Shown: positions 27,026 to 38,161 of the stretch, in pieces | How the letters are laid out: every line of letters begins with the position of its first letter | Numbering within the stretch: position 1 is the stretch's first letter | Origin: Calditrichia bacterium | Lineage (GTDB): Bacteria > Calditrichota > Calditrichia > JAJRVZ01 | DNA: 64,000 bases | Direction: 5' to 3' | Assembly (NCBI GenBank): GCA_963796965.1 | Contig: CAWCNS010000005.1 | Location: 448,001 to 512,000, forward strand | Notes under the pieces: model-generated | Told to the model about the DNA's origin: nothing | Seen by the model: only the letters and a program-made list of their open reading frames with translations | Databases searched by the model: none | Program-made: the position numbers and the translations under genes

Positions 27026-29838
27026 TTACTGTTTTGTTTCTAACGATTTCTCCGATTCTCTACCTTCTAGCCGCCAGGCATCATTTTCTTTGCTATCTCT
27101 TAACATATCCGCTGGATCATCAATGACAGGTGATTCGCCCAATTCTTCCCAGTTAAAATCTTCATCAAAAGGATCAAGTGCTTTTTGAGGATCAAAGATT
27201 CTTTTATCTACAGGAACTGCAGTATAAGGTTTAAAATCAGGCTGATTAGTAAACATATCAGCAAGATCTGTTGCTCCGGCATCATATTGATTCAGATAAG
27301 GCAATCCTAATGTATTCCAAAAGGTCTTAAAAATGCTACCAAAACTGTAATGCACTTTACCGACATAATCTCTCTTTGCATAGGGTGATACAACGATCAA
27401 TATGCTACGATGTGCATCGATATGATCAACACCATTCTGGGCGTCATCTTCGGTTATCACAATAACCATGTTTTTCCAATACGGGGTATGTGACAAAAAC
27501 TCTACAATTCGCCCCACCGCCAAATCGTTATCGGCCATGTAACTCTCGCGAAAGGGATATCCGGCCTCCGGCCGATCACCGGCACCATGATCATTAGGGA
27601 GAATCACTGTCAAAATTTGGGGCATTTTTTGTCCGCTGTTTATCCATTTTTTATTAAATTCTTTTATGAACATTTCTATACGAAACTGGTCAGGAATAGC
27701 CATATTATAAGTTGGAAAAGTTTTAGACGTTTTATCAAATATGGGTGCACGGCACAGGGTAATTCACAAAATGGCGAATCCCGGTGTATTTAAATGATTC
27801 ATGATAACTAGCTGGTTCAAACATTATTCCAAAACCGAAATTAAAAAAATCGATCCCGTGTCGTTGAAGATGCTCCCACATTGATCCGGCTTCATTATAA
27901 TCTTCCGGATAAATTGCGCCTGCTGCTCCATTCATCGCCAAAATACCAGGTGCTTTGGATTTTGTGTCATAGCTTCTATTACCACCATAACTGGCCGCGG
28001 TTGTTGTCTCTACCCACTCATTTGGATAGGTATTCACTAACCAGCGATGCCCGTCTGCTGAGACATCCGAATCAACATAAAAATTATCAGCAATGGCAAA
28101 TTGTTCACTTAGCTTTAAATGATTTGGCATAACTGTAGCATTATCGACTGTAACCGTTTTCTTTCGGTTCATAAAAGTGACATTTCGACCATAGCGGGCA
28201 AGAGTTGGATCTCCCTTGGCTTTGCCTATCTGGCCGAAGACTTCATCAAATGTTCTGTTCTCTTTAGAGATAAAAACGATATGTTTAAGAGGCGTTTCCT
28301 TTTGCCCACCATACAGTGGTACAGGATTATCTTTTCGCCATTCAAATATTTCCGAATCACTAAAATCAATTTTAAAATTATTCTCGATAACCTGTTGCGA
28401 CAATTGATCCAGGGCATCATCCTCAGGGATAGTGATCAGAGAAACAGTCCCTTTCATCAAACTACCAATATAACTGCCTTCAGGCCCGGGCGAATAATTT
28501 TTCCCGCCATTGGGTCCGCTTCCATAACCCTTAGCATTTGCCACGATTAGTTTTTTGCCGTCAGGTGAGACGGCTAGTTTTGAAGGAAACCACCCCACCG
28601 GAATATGTCCAAGAACACTTAGTGTCGGAACATCAATTATCCCGATGGCATTGATTCCTGATTCTGCCACGTAAAGTCTTTTCTGATCAGGAGATAGAGC
28701 AAGGCCAAAAGGGATTACGCCACGGAATTGTTTCACAGCAGAATGAGGTTTGAGATATATATGAGTAATAATTTTATTATCTCTAATATCGATGACAGAT
28801 ATATTATCATTATTCCCATTGCTGGCGAAAACATACTCATTTGTAGCCACTAATGAATTTGGACTGGAACCACCCACGGCAGGGATATCTTCAACCAATT
28901 CACCTACTAACGTTCCGGTTTTTATGCGTGCGCTTACCATTGGCTTATCAGGGTTCGTTAGGTCTATTGTCCAGACAGAAAAAGATTCCGGTACGTTCGG
29001 ATCACCCAAACCGGGTACTTTTGTCGAATCAGTCTCATAACCCTCCGAAGCTTCTTTCGAGCCGAAGGCAAAAGGAGGATATGTCAGACCTTTTTCGATC
29101 ATATCGTTCTCATCAACACCGATTATTTTTTTGTACTCAAACATGCCAACATTGGCCACGTAGACTTTGGATTCATCTGGTGAGAGGGTGATACCAAAAG
29201 GGTATCGACCCACAGCAACATTATGTAGAATTTTTTTACTCTTTGTATCAACAATGATCATCCGAAATTGTGTCTGATCAACAGCATAAAGCCGCCTGCC
29301 ATCCTGACTTAATACCATATCCCCGATATATCCATCGGGGAAAGATTTTGAAGAACAATCAATAATTCCTTTTCGATGACCATTATTGGGGTCAAACAGA
29401 TAGATTTTGTTTTCCTGACCTCCGGAAACATAAATAGTATTATTATCCGGAGATACTGCTAATCCCATGAATACTGATGCTAAAACACCCTTATCTGTAA
29501 TGGGACCTGGTGGAATCTGGAGAACTTGTGGCAACCCGCTAAAAATATTTTTAATAACGGAAACAGAAAGGGGTTTAGTACCCGAATTGGCTGTCACAAC
29601 TATGCTCCCATCATTACTTAATACCAGCCCGTAAGGATGCGGCGCAACCTGAATGGATTCTCCGAGAGGTGTGAGTAGGCGACCATTAGGGATTACGGTA
29701 ACACCCTTTCTATCCACTTGCGTGTATCGTTCACCGGCGGGTGCAGAAATGAGTGTAATCTTTTTTTCTGACTTCTTGCATGAAATTAAAACAAGCAATA
29801 AGAATGACGTTTATTAGAAAATAACCGTTTCTATTCAT
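27026..29838 (-). CDS. YncE/YVTN beta-propeller-phosphoesterase fusion lipoprotein; frameshifts near 27748 and near the start
   Basis: LISC lipobox; VGRYPFG and VGWFP repeats; KENRTFD, SADGHRW, LPNDH, EDDAQNGVDH. Confidence 0.8.
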
Positions 29839-29945
29839 TTCTTTCCCATCCTCCAGGTTTATAGTATTAAAATAAGGAGATTTTTCCGACAGCAGATGAA
29901 TACAACATGGTAAATTTCAACAAAATATCAATTTGCCTTCGGCGA

Positions 29946-29961
29946 TCCGCCAGCTGGCGGA
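29946..29961. repeat. Perfect 16-bp palindrome in REP-like context
   Basis: TCCGCCAGCTGGCGGA is self-complementary and GC-rich within AT-rich intergenic DNA. Confidence 0.7.
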
Positions 29962-30399
29962 CAAAAAGTCCTGGCGAATTAAAACTCGCTCGCTGATATC
30001 GGATATTGAAATATTGAGGTGCTCGAACATTAATTCACCAAATTATAAAATAAAAAACAGAAGAATGTATAAATATAACTCACTGGCAATATTGCCTACC
30101 AATAGTAAATAAATCCACTAAAAAATTAACTGGCGCAACAAGGGCTTTATATCATGCAATGCTTGACAATTGAAAGTAAATAGGTATCCATTCAAAGGCA
30201 AGGTTAAATTAGTTAACAATCCCATTTCCCTCAGATAATTACATCTTTATGTACTACCCGTCACATATTTTTATATATAAGATATCTATATTTTAGCACA
30301 TATATATATTTGGAGTATAAATAATCTTTCAATAGATTAATTCACTACCTACCGATCAATACATATGAGACCTAAAAATATTGAAGAGGAGAGACTGCC

Positions 30400-32355
30400 A
30401 TGAGCCGGAAACTTTTTTTTATATTTTTACTCTTTATTTTTTATAATTCTATCGTTCAAACAGTTTTTGCCCAAACCCAATTCGAGATTTTAATTGACAG
30501 TGCTGCCTATAGAACAGATATCGCCACCGAAACAGGCAGGGCATTAAAAATTGTGACCTCGGAGGATCGTCTCATCGTCTTTGATTTTGAAAATTTTCGT
30601 ATCCTTTTTTATACAAAAGGAGAAGGATTTGATGACAGTGAAATCCAAAAAGTTGTTGGTCAACATTCCCGGATTCAAGATGGTCAGGCGTATGATCCCA
30701 GCACCTATAATCGCCTGAGCTGGGAATTTGGGGGAACAATTTTTAACAACCAACTGTGGGTTACAAATTATTCATTTGGTGAAATCCTGATTTTTGATCT
30801 GGATGGCAATTATCTCTCAACCCTGCCGGATCACTACCGGGTACTGGACACAAATGAAGATGATCTATATGCATTAGAAGGCAGCTCAATATATCGCTGG
30901 GAAGCAGGAGTGGATACCTTTGCTTATTTAGAAGAAGTTCCGGGAAATGTTTCTATTACCTCTGAAAAATATGGTGCAAATATTAAATTGGGTTCAGATA
31001 GGTTATGTGTGTTTAAACAGGACACATTAAAAGTCTACAATTTAACGGAGTATCTGAGTGGTCAAAATCAAGACACCCTCTTCACTGTCTCAAATTCACC
31101 CATGCCTGACTTTGAGATTATGGCCGATAAAATACTTTGGGCCACTGACTTATATGGGCAGTATGCTTATTCTGATCTGGATGGAAGTAATCGAAAGGAA
31201 GGTAATTTCGGCATATACACCTATACATGGCATTTTAGCACAGACAGTTTTTTATATGTCGTTGGCTCCTGGGGACTTAAAAAGTATAGCAGCGACCTAA
31301 ATGAGATTGAATCTATGTCAAGATATCCCTACTACTGGGACGGGCGTTTTTTCGGGGCTGATGATCAGAATCTATATTTCTATGATCATCGCGACGGAGG
31401 GTTTGTGACAACACCACTGAATTATGATGAGGGGACTTACCTGGTGAGCGAAAATAATGAAATACAATATAGCGGATGGAATCATGATTTCAGGCTACAA
31501 GATAAAAATGCTTTTCTTCTTTCTGAATGGCCTCCGGATTCGCTGCAGATCATCCATTTTGATATTGAAGCGCAAGATTCGTCCATGTTCCGTGTTGACA
31601 GCATTTACGGTTTTGATGTTTCCAACGATTCTATCTTTACCTTGATAGACTCAACTCTAAAAATTTACTCCCTGGCAGGTGATCTCCTATTTTCAAATAC
31701 ATTGCAGGGATTAAGCCAATCAAATTTGCATAATCTAGCGCGAAATTCCAAGGTACACATTTGCGTCAATCATCAATTTTTCTTTACTGTCTTTAATGAT
31801 ACATTAAATGTATTCTCTAAGACGGGGCATTTTATTACGTCTTATCCGTTCAATATTTTCAGTAATAGCTATGGTAACCTGTTATTGACAGCTGATGCGA
31901 ACTATGTATATAGTAACCAACGTTTATATGCTATTTCTATTACAACAGGAGAAGTTAATCCTTATGTTGATGGTGCATACGGAGGTGGATTTATCAATGG
32001 AGACCGATACTGGTATGAATCCGGACAAAATATTTATAGTTACAAGACGATAGATGTAGTCAGCAGTATCGAAGATCCACATCAGGTTTTAATGGATTTC
32101 CGGTTGGTAAAAGCCTACCCCAATCCATTTAATCCCCTAACGACTATTGTTTACCAATTAAATAAAACCTCGGATGTAAATCTATCTGTTTATAATCTCC
32201 TCGGGCAACATGTGGCCGAGCTTGTAAAGGCAAGACAACCCGCAGGTGAGTACACTGTAGACTGGCATGCTGTTAACTATAGCTCGGGTATGTATTTTTA
32301 TATATTACAGGTTGATGCTGAGAGCCAGGTGATGCGGGGCATATTACTTAAGTAA
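30400..32355 (+). CDS. Secreted beta-rich protein with T9SS type-A-like C-terminal sorting domain
   Basis: Signal peptide (VFA-Q); C-terminal AYPNPFNP.T.I.Y...VYNLLGQ.V..L...G.Y...W...SSGMYFY.L...ILLK. Confidence 0.8.
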   Translation: MSRKLFFIFLLFIFYNSIVQTVFAQTQFEILIDSAAYRTDIATETGRALKIVTSEDRLIVFDFENFRILFYTKGEGFDDSEIQKVVGQHSRIQDGQAYDPSTYNRLSWEFGGTIFNNQLWVTNYSFGEILIFDLDGNYLSTLPDHYRVLDTNEDDLYALEGSSIYRWEAGVDTFAYLEEVPGNVSITSEKYGANIKLGSDRLCVFKQDTLKVYNLTEYLSGQNQDTLFTVSNSPMPDFEIMADKILWATDLYGQYAYSDLDGSNRKEGNFGIYTYTWHFSTDSFLYVVGSWGLKKYSSDLNEIESMSRYPYYWDGRFFGADDQNLYFYDHRDGGFVTTPLNYDEGTYLVSENNEIQYSGWNHDFRLQDKNAFLLSEWPPDSLQIIHFDIEAQDSSMFRVDSIYGFDVSNDSIFTLIDSTLKIYSLAGDLLFSNTLQGLSQSNLHNLARNSKVHICVNHQFFFTVFNDTLNVFSKTGHFITSYPFNIFSNSYGNLLLTADANYVYSNQRLYAISITTGEVNPYVDGAYGGGFINGDRYWYESGQNIYSYKTIDVVSSIEDPHQVLMDFRLVKAYPNPFNPLTTIVYQLNKTSDVNLSVYNLLGQHVAELVKARQPAGEYTVDWHAVNYSSGMYFYILQVDAESQVMRGILLK

Positions 32356-32386
32356 ACAACATGTTAACTATGGTTATTTTTGGAAT

Positions 32387-32413
32387 AAGGCTGATCTTCG
32401 AGATCAGCCTTTT
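32387..32413 (+). terminator. Rho-independent terminator
   Basis: AAGGCTGATC-TTCG-AGATCAGCCTT-TT hairpin plus T-tract after stop 32355. Confidence 0.8.
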
Positions 32414-32476
32414 ACTTTTTAAGAGCCTATCTACCTAAGTTAAAAACCCCTTCTCTACTTTATGAGAAGGGGCTCC

Positions 32477-32554
32477 TCGTGGTATTTCGCCGGTTTTATT
32501 TCGACACAAATGTCGAAAATCAGAATTTCATTTATTTACCTCTCCCCAATCCTC
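32477..32554. repeat. 78-bp dispersed REP-like element, copy A
   Basis: 7 mismatches versus 60855-60932; internal hairpin TTTCGACA-caaa-TGTCGAAA. Confidence 0.85.
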
Positions 32555-32572
32555 ATGCCAATAAATATTATA

Positions 32573-33871
32573 CTAATTGTCAGAGGTTTTAGGAAGTGCA
32601 TTCCACTTTGGAATCATGACAATCCCGGCCATTAATACCATTATAGATAAAAATGTAAATACACCGCCCCACCCCCAACTTTCTTTTAAAAAGCCCGGAA
32701 TAGTTCCCCCAACTATGGCGCCGATCGACCCTGCGCTATTGATAATACCCGAGGCGGTTGAAGCTCCTTTACTGGTGCCAAAATCCAATGCAGCGGTTGC
32801 ACTTATCAACGAATCCGGTCCAAATAAAAAAATACCAATCATAAACAATAATCCTGCAATTACCAATTTATTGTGAAAGGCGGCAATGTCATTGAAGAAG
32901 AACAGAATAATAGCCATGGGAAACATAGCAAGAACACAGTAAGGTATACGGCGCGACTGAAACAGTTTATCTGAAGCATACCCCGCAAGAAGAACACTGA
33001 TCGGACCGGCAACAAAGAACGATGAACTGATTAAGGCTGATTCACCCATTTGGGTATTCAATGTTTCATTAATATAAAGTGGTCCCCAGAAGAGAATCGC
33101 ATATCTGGTAGGCTTCAGAAAGAAATAGACCAGGGATAATAGCATCACCATGGGACTCTTTATCACCATGAGAGTCGCCTTCCAGGATCCTTCATCAGGT
33201 TCTTCATCACCCCCTGTCAGGATGGCTTTTGGTTCTCCCCGATAGTCTTCAATACTGGGAAAACCAATATCCTGAGGACGATTTCTTTGTAAAATTATGA
33301 ACAATACCGCAATAAAAAGCAGAAGGACAGCCGGCATAATAAAAGCATAGCGCCAGTCATTAAAATAATCAGCCATAAACCCGGCCAAAGGAGCAGCAAT
33401 CAACCCTCCGATGGTATAATTGGTTGCCCACCAACCCATAATGACGCCGCGCTCGCGTAAAGAGAACCAATTGCTAATGTTCTTCGATAATGGCGCCCAT
33501 CCGGTGGATTGACTGAGGCCCTGGATAAAGGAGAACACGCCAAAGGCTAGAACAAGTGATGAAACACCCATCGCCAATCCAGCCACTATGGATGAGAATA
33601 ATCCCGTTAGGACGACCATTCGTGGACCTTTTTTGTCGCCTAATATGCCCCAAACAAACATACCAATAGCATATGCCGTCAGGTAAAGACCATCGATGAG
33701 ACCCATTTGTTCAGGACTCATCATGATATCCGGATCCTGACTTAGCCCTATTTTTGCAACAGAAAATGAAGCTCGGGTTAAGTAAAATCCAACATAACAC
33801 AACCAGGTAATTCCAAATATTCTCCAGCGCCAGAATTCATATTTCGGATTCTTTTCATATGTTCGCATCAA
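32573..33871 (-). CDS. MFS transporter, organophosphate:Pi antiporter (GlpT/UhpC-like) family
   Basis: About 12 TM helices; YVGFYLTR, GILGDKKGPR, QSTGW, WFSLRERG. Confidence 0.85.
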   Translation of the reverse strand: MMRTYEKNPKYEFWRWRIFGITWLCYVGFYLTRASFSVAKIGLSQDPDIMMSPEQMGLIDGLYLTAYAIGMFVWGILGDKKGPRMVVLTGLFSSIVAGLAMGVSSLVLAFGVFSFIQGLSQSTGWAPLSKNISNWFSLRERGVIMGWWATNYTIGGLIAAPLAGFMADYFNDWRYAFIMPAVLLLFIAVLFIILQRNRPQDIGFPSIEDYRGEPKAILTGGDEEPDEGSWKATLMVIKSPMVMLLSLVYFFLKPTRYAILFWGPLYINETLNTQMGESALISSSFFVAGPISVLLAGYASDKLFQSRRIPYCVLAMFPMAIILFFFNDIAAFHNKLVIAGLLFMIGIFLFGPDSLISATAALDFGTSKGASTASGIINSAGSIGAIVGGTIPGFLKESWGWGGVFTFLSIMVLMAGIVMIPKWNALPKTSDN

Positions 33872-34017
33872 TCACAGCTCCCTTCATTAGCAGATTCAGG
33901 TATAATCAAAAATCAGTATATAACATTGTTATTGAAACAGAACCAAAAAATATATCACGAAGAGACACGAAGGTCCCACGAAGTTACGTGAAATTGAAAT
34001 AATTATAAAGATGAGTA

Positions 34018-34683
34018 CTACTTACAATTGAGTTGCCATTGTTCGATGCGCCAGTGATTCGCTTCGGCAATGGCACGGAGGTTTTGCTTTGGATTTATTA
34101 CCACCGGAAACCCAACCTTCTCCAACAGAGTCACATCGGTAATACTGTCAGCATAAAAGGTAACGTGGCTTAATTCTATACTTCTTGAAATGCAAATATC
34201 CGATGCGGACTTCAAGCTTCCCCCCTTCATAAGAAAAGGCCCATCTATTTTTCCCGTAAACAGTCCATTCTTAATTTCAGGTTCAGTTGCTAACAAAGTG
34301 TTGATCCCTAAATAGCTGGCTATTGGTTCTGCGATAATCCGGTTGGTCCCTGTGAGCAATAAGGTGGATATCCCCTGTTGGTCATATTTAGCTATCTCTT
34401 TTATTGCTTGTGGAAATATATATTCCTGTACGCGTTGCTGAAAATGTTCATCTGCTAGCACTCTCATCTCATCTGATGAACGATTTTCAAATTCATTTAA
34501 TTGAAATTTTACAAATTCGTCCACCGGGGTTCGACCCTGGTAATAGAGGTCAAGAAATCGATCTGCTTCAGCACGATGGGAGGGTGGGGCCAATCCTTTA
34601 TCCACAAGGAAATATTTCCATGACACATCGCAATCCGTATCCAAAACCGTGTGATCCATATCGAAAAAAGCCATCTCTATCAA
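34018..34683 (-). CDS. HAD-superfamily IB hydrolase (SerB-like)
   Basis: FFDMDHT motif I, LLTGT, FYADSITD motif IV; TTG start with GGGAG RBS. Confidence 0.85.
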   Translation of the reverse strand: MIEMAFFDMDHTVLDTDCDVSWKYFLVDKGLAPPSHRAEADRFLDLYYQGRTPVDEFVKFQLNEFENRSSDEMRVLADEHFQQRVQEYIFPQAIKEIAKYDQQGISTLLLTGTNRIIAEPIASYLGINTLLATEPEIKNGLFTGKIDGPFLMKGGSLKSASDICISRSIELSHVTFYADSITDVTLLEKVGFPVVINPKQNLRAIAEANHWRIEQWQLNCK

Positions 34684-35438
34684 TTATCTTCTCCCATATA
34701 AAAAATCTCTGTATTTATTTTCTTTCACGTTTACTGTATTTAATAATATTGAAGTACCACCATCCACACCATCGCAGGGTTTTGTGAGGGTATCGCCAAA
34801 AATATTAAGATTTTCAAAAATATAGTGTACCATTTCACTTTTAAGGATGAAAGAGACACATTCATAAAAATTCATATGATACTCTTGATATAGCCGGTAT
34901 TCTAAATAGGTTTGATAGATTAATATTCAGTTTAAAATTGCAAATTTTATATGAATCAATCAATTGTAATTTAGTAAGAATATTTGTCCACTCCCAATGG
35001 GACTCGTTTGGAGGAATTATCCGTCTTTCCCGGATCAAGCTGGGCCTGACACTAATTTATACGAATACACCTTTTCGTAATTCCACAGGAATCTTACTTA
35101 GGTGCAGGGTCATAATCGACAAGAAGGAAGATCCTTTCAGGATGACAATAAACATTATTGCAATTCATACCTCCGAAGTACTCTCTACTTTAGAAATAAT
35201 TTGTGAGAATTCGTTGACTTTTTCTCATTGATTGAGCTTCGCACCGCGCTTCGAATATAAAAATGGATTAAGACAGATTGTGTAGCGTATTTAGATTGAA
35301 TTTAACAGCCAGAAATGTTACTTTGGAGTAATATTTGCCCATAAACACGTATTAATCTACTTTTAAGATTAATATGGGTATATCATAAGGTATATTCATC
35401 CTATCATATTATTGCATGTTTTTTAAGGGGAAAATTCA

Positions 35439-36959
35439 TTGAAAATATTTTTAATATATATACGAGATGAAGATTTTTACAATGTCCTACCGGATCATCT
35501 TAATAATTCTAAAACCGATGGGAAATTCAGGGTTATGGCTTTCCCGCCCTTAGGCATCCAGACATTAGCACCTGTTTTACGTCAACATGGCCATGAAGTG
35601 CGTCTATTTGACACCTGTCATCCTGAGATGAAAGAGACACATATTGCTCAGGCCGCATTAGATGAAAAACCAGATGTAATTGCTCTCTCTTTTTTATCAA
35701 TTACAACCTATCTTCATGCCAAGAGCATGGCGCGTCATTTAAAATCAATCAACCCAACAATCCCGATCATCGTTGGCGGTCCTTTTGCCTCCTTTAATGG
35801 CACCAAAATCCTCCAGGATAGTGCGGATATTGATTGTGTGGGTGGAGGCGAAGGTGAGGAACTTTTTCCCGATTATCTTAAAAATCTCGATAATCCCGGT
35901 ATTGTAAAGGGTTTGACTTGGAGATCCGGGGAAGAAATCATCCAGAATCCTTCCCAACCGCTCCTCAGGGACCTCGACCAGTTCCCATATCCTGATCGAT
36001 CCAGCCTGCCCATTGAATATATTGAGTCCATGCCATTGGATGTTCCGGCTGTTCTTTCTCTCGATCGATTTGCCATCATGCAAACTTCAAGAGGATGCCC
36101 CTTTGATTGTATCTACTGTGATATACCCTCTTTAGCTGAGGGCAAATGGCGATCCAGGTCCCCCGAACATGTATTGGGTGAAATGCAGGAGCTTCATGAC
36201 CAGGGATATAAATCTATTTATCTTACCGACGATCACTTTCTGCTCAAAAAACAGCGAATTCATGCCATCTGTCAGGGTATTATTGATCGAAAGTTTGATT
36301 TTCACTGGGGATGCGAGGGGCGTGTTGATTCCCAGGCCGTAATCGAGGAATTCCCCACCATGGCGAAAGCCAATTGCAGTATGCTTGCCTTTGGCGTTGA
36401 AGCAGGTACAGAAAAGATCCTGGCTCGCCTTAAAAAACGACAAAATCTTGAGCAGGTAAAACACGCCATAAATGAAGCAAAAAAAAGTGGTATTGATGTG
36501 GCACATGGTTTTTTTCTTGTAGGATCACCAGATGAGACGGAAGCAGATATGTTGGAGAGTTTTCGCTTTGCAGCAAGGTTAAAACTTGATACATTTGGCT
36601 TTAATCGCTTATGTGTATACCGGGGCACCCCTTTATGGAAGGAATATGTGGAGAGGGGGATTATTGACGATGATAAAGACTGGAATAAATGGTTTAAATG
36701 CTCTGATATAGATCCAACGGTTCTTCCAAGTGAAAAGGTTAATCAAATCCGTATGAAAGGGTATTTACTCCTATTTGGTTACCGGATTTTATTCAGACCT
36801 CTGCAAACATTTAAACTTATTCGAAAATTTGGCCGCTATATGAAATATTCAGATATATTTACCTTACTTTGGAGCCCTTTCCGCAAAAAGGATCTCACCC
36901 GGAAGCCTGATCTTCCCGCGCAGCTGAGAAGCACAAATTTTAGAAGTATAATAAAATAA
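35439..36959 (+). CDS. B12-binding domain radical SAM protein
   Basis: PPLG N-terminus, IIVGGP, GEGE, TSRGCPFDCIYC (CxxxCxxC), WRSRSPEHV, GVEAG. Confidence 0.9.
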   Translation: MKIFLIYIRDEDFYNVLPDHLNNSKTDGKFRVMAFPPLGIQTLAPVLRQHGHEVRLFDTCHPEMKETHIAQAALDEKPDVIALSFLSITTYLHAKSMARHLKSINPTIPIIVGGPFASFNGTKILQDSADIDCVGGGEGEELFPDYLKNLDNPGIVKGLTWRSGEEIIQNPSQPLLRDLDQFPYPDRSSLPIEYIESMPLDVPAVLSLDRFAIMQTSRGCPFDCIYCDIPSLAEGKWRSRSPEHVLGEMQELHDQGYKSIYLTDDHFLLKKQRIHAICQGIIDRKFDFHWGCEGRVDSQAVIEEFPTMAKANCSMLAFGVEAGTEKILARLKKRQNLEQVKHAINEAKKSGIDVAHGFFLVGSPDETEADMLESFRFAARLKLDTFGFNRLCVYRGTPLWKEYVERGIIDDDKDWNKWFKCSDIDPTVLPSEKVNQIRMKGYLLLFGYRILFRPLQTFKLIRKFGRYMKYSDIFTLLWSPFRKKDLTRKPDLPAQLRSTNFRSIIK

Positions 36960-36960
36960 A

Positions 36961-37013
36961 GAAATTCTTTAAAACTGACTAGCCCCGAGGCAGAGCCTCG
37001 AGGAATTCTATAG
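36961..37013. repeat. REP-like / IS200-IS605-end-like hairpin element
   Basis: gaaattctttaaaactgactagccccgaggcagagcctcgaggaattctatag; recurs in split form at 60821-60848 and 60960-60990. Confidence 0.7.
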
Positions 37014-37018
37014 ATTAA

Positions 37019-37375
37019 CTATAATAACAATAGCCCTCCACCCAGAATTATTCCAACACCGAGTAGAATAGTTGTGGCAAGTTCCAGATCTTTGTATTCC
37101 ACCCGGGTAATTTTATGTAACGGGATTTTGAATGTATCCGGTCTGGATAAATATACATTATATGGTGTAATTAATGTATCATTTATAAATTCGTATGATT
37201 CTCCGGCAAGGAATCGCTTTTTTGTTTGAGTAGAATCTGTAAATTCAATGCGAACATCTTTCTTTTTCTCCAATACCGGTCTAATCTGATCCATTTGCAA
37301 TGCAACACGGGTACTCTTACATCCGCTCCCAAGAAGTAATAATGCAAGGATGAACACAATCAAATTAATTTTCAT
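37019..37375 (-). CDS. Hypothetical lipoprotein
   Basis: LGSGC lipobox; C-terminal hydrophobic segment. Confidence 0.65.
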   Translation of the reverse strand: MKINLIVFILALLLLGSGCKSTRVALQMDQIRPVLEKKKDVRIEFTDSTQTKKRFLAGESYEFINDTLITPYNVYLSRPDTFKIPLHKITRVEYKDLELATTILLGVGIILGGGLLLL

Positions 37376-37480
37376 AAAATTTCAGTCTTCCATTTCCGTT
37401 TTGCTATCCACCATTTCCTAACTCAATTTCGACAAGTCAAATTCCCAATTCCCAATTACCTAATTACTAATTACTCCAAA

Positions 37481-37774
37481 CTAAACCTCACTCATCATAC
37501 TATCAATTCTATTCTCAAGATCAAAGATTTGAACAATAATTATTTCCTCTTGTACCGTAACATTTTCTGGTTTGCTATCCTTGTCGAGATAATAACCAAA
37601 TTTCAGTAATTGGAGGTCATATATCCTGTCGCGCAAATCTTTTAAACCCAAGAGAAGTTCATATTTATCTACTCCGGATTCTACCTTTTTTTCAAATGAT
37701 TCAACAAGAACCCTTATCATATGGATTTCTTTATCAAAATCCAGCTCAACAGGATGATGGTTAGAAATACTCAT
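37481..37774 (-). CDS. Hypothetical protein (acidic, helical)
   Basis: 97-aa ORF with a GGGGAGG RBS-like sequence upstream; no motif recognised. Confidence 0.55.
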   Translation of the reverse strand: MSISNHHPVELDFDKEIHMIRVLVESFEKKVESGVDKYELLLGLKDLRDRIYDLQLLKFGYYLDKDSKPENVTVQEEIIIVQIFDLENRIDSMMSEV

Positions 37775-38068
37775 TTCAGGATATCCCTCCCCTGAGAATT
37801 AAAGGCTTCATTTAAATTAAAGGATAATCTATGTAAAAGTATTCCGAATACGCGTGAAAGAATTAACAAGTGAGAGGCGTCCAGTATCAGATATAAAGGA
37901 AAATACTGAGGTAAAATTTTAATAGCAAGGAAAATTTATGTAATAAGAAATTTCAGATATATCAGATTAAATTATCTTTCTTGAAGAGAACAATTGAAGA
38001 GAACAATACATAATGAATGGTGGTAAATATAGCAACCCGATTAAGAGATTGTGTGAGAATAAAAAATC

Positions 38069-38111
38069 AACCACGGACTTATCCCCGTTGAACGGGGGTA
38101 TCTCCGTGGTT
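38069..38111 (-). terminator. Hairpin terminator / REP-like element after the TPR gene
   Basis: AACCACGGA..CCCCGT-tga-ACGGGG..TCCGTGGTT followed by a T-tract on the minus strand; the core resembles cccccgtagaacgggg at 41349-41374. Confidence 0.65.
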
Positions 38112-38161
38112 AAAATGCTTTTTTATGCCACCTTGGAACTTTCGGCGATTGAAATTTATCG

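Noticed and set aside
16199..29838. Pseudogene status or programmed frameshifting for the Ogl-like, STAS-like, GH95 and phosphoesterase genes
   Set aside because: Isolated single indels in otherwise intact genes, with no slippery-site pattern noticed; more simply explained as sequencing error.
34684..35438. Hidden gene or cobalamin riboswitch upstream of the B12 radical SAM gene
   Set aside because: The frames I read gave only short motif-less peptides and I found no B12-box; an Rfam scan would be needed to exclude it.
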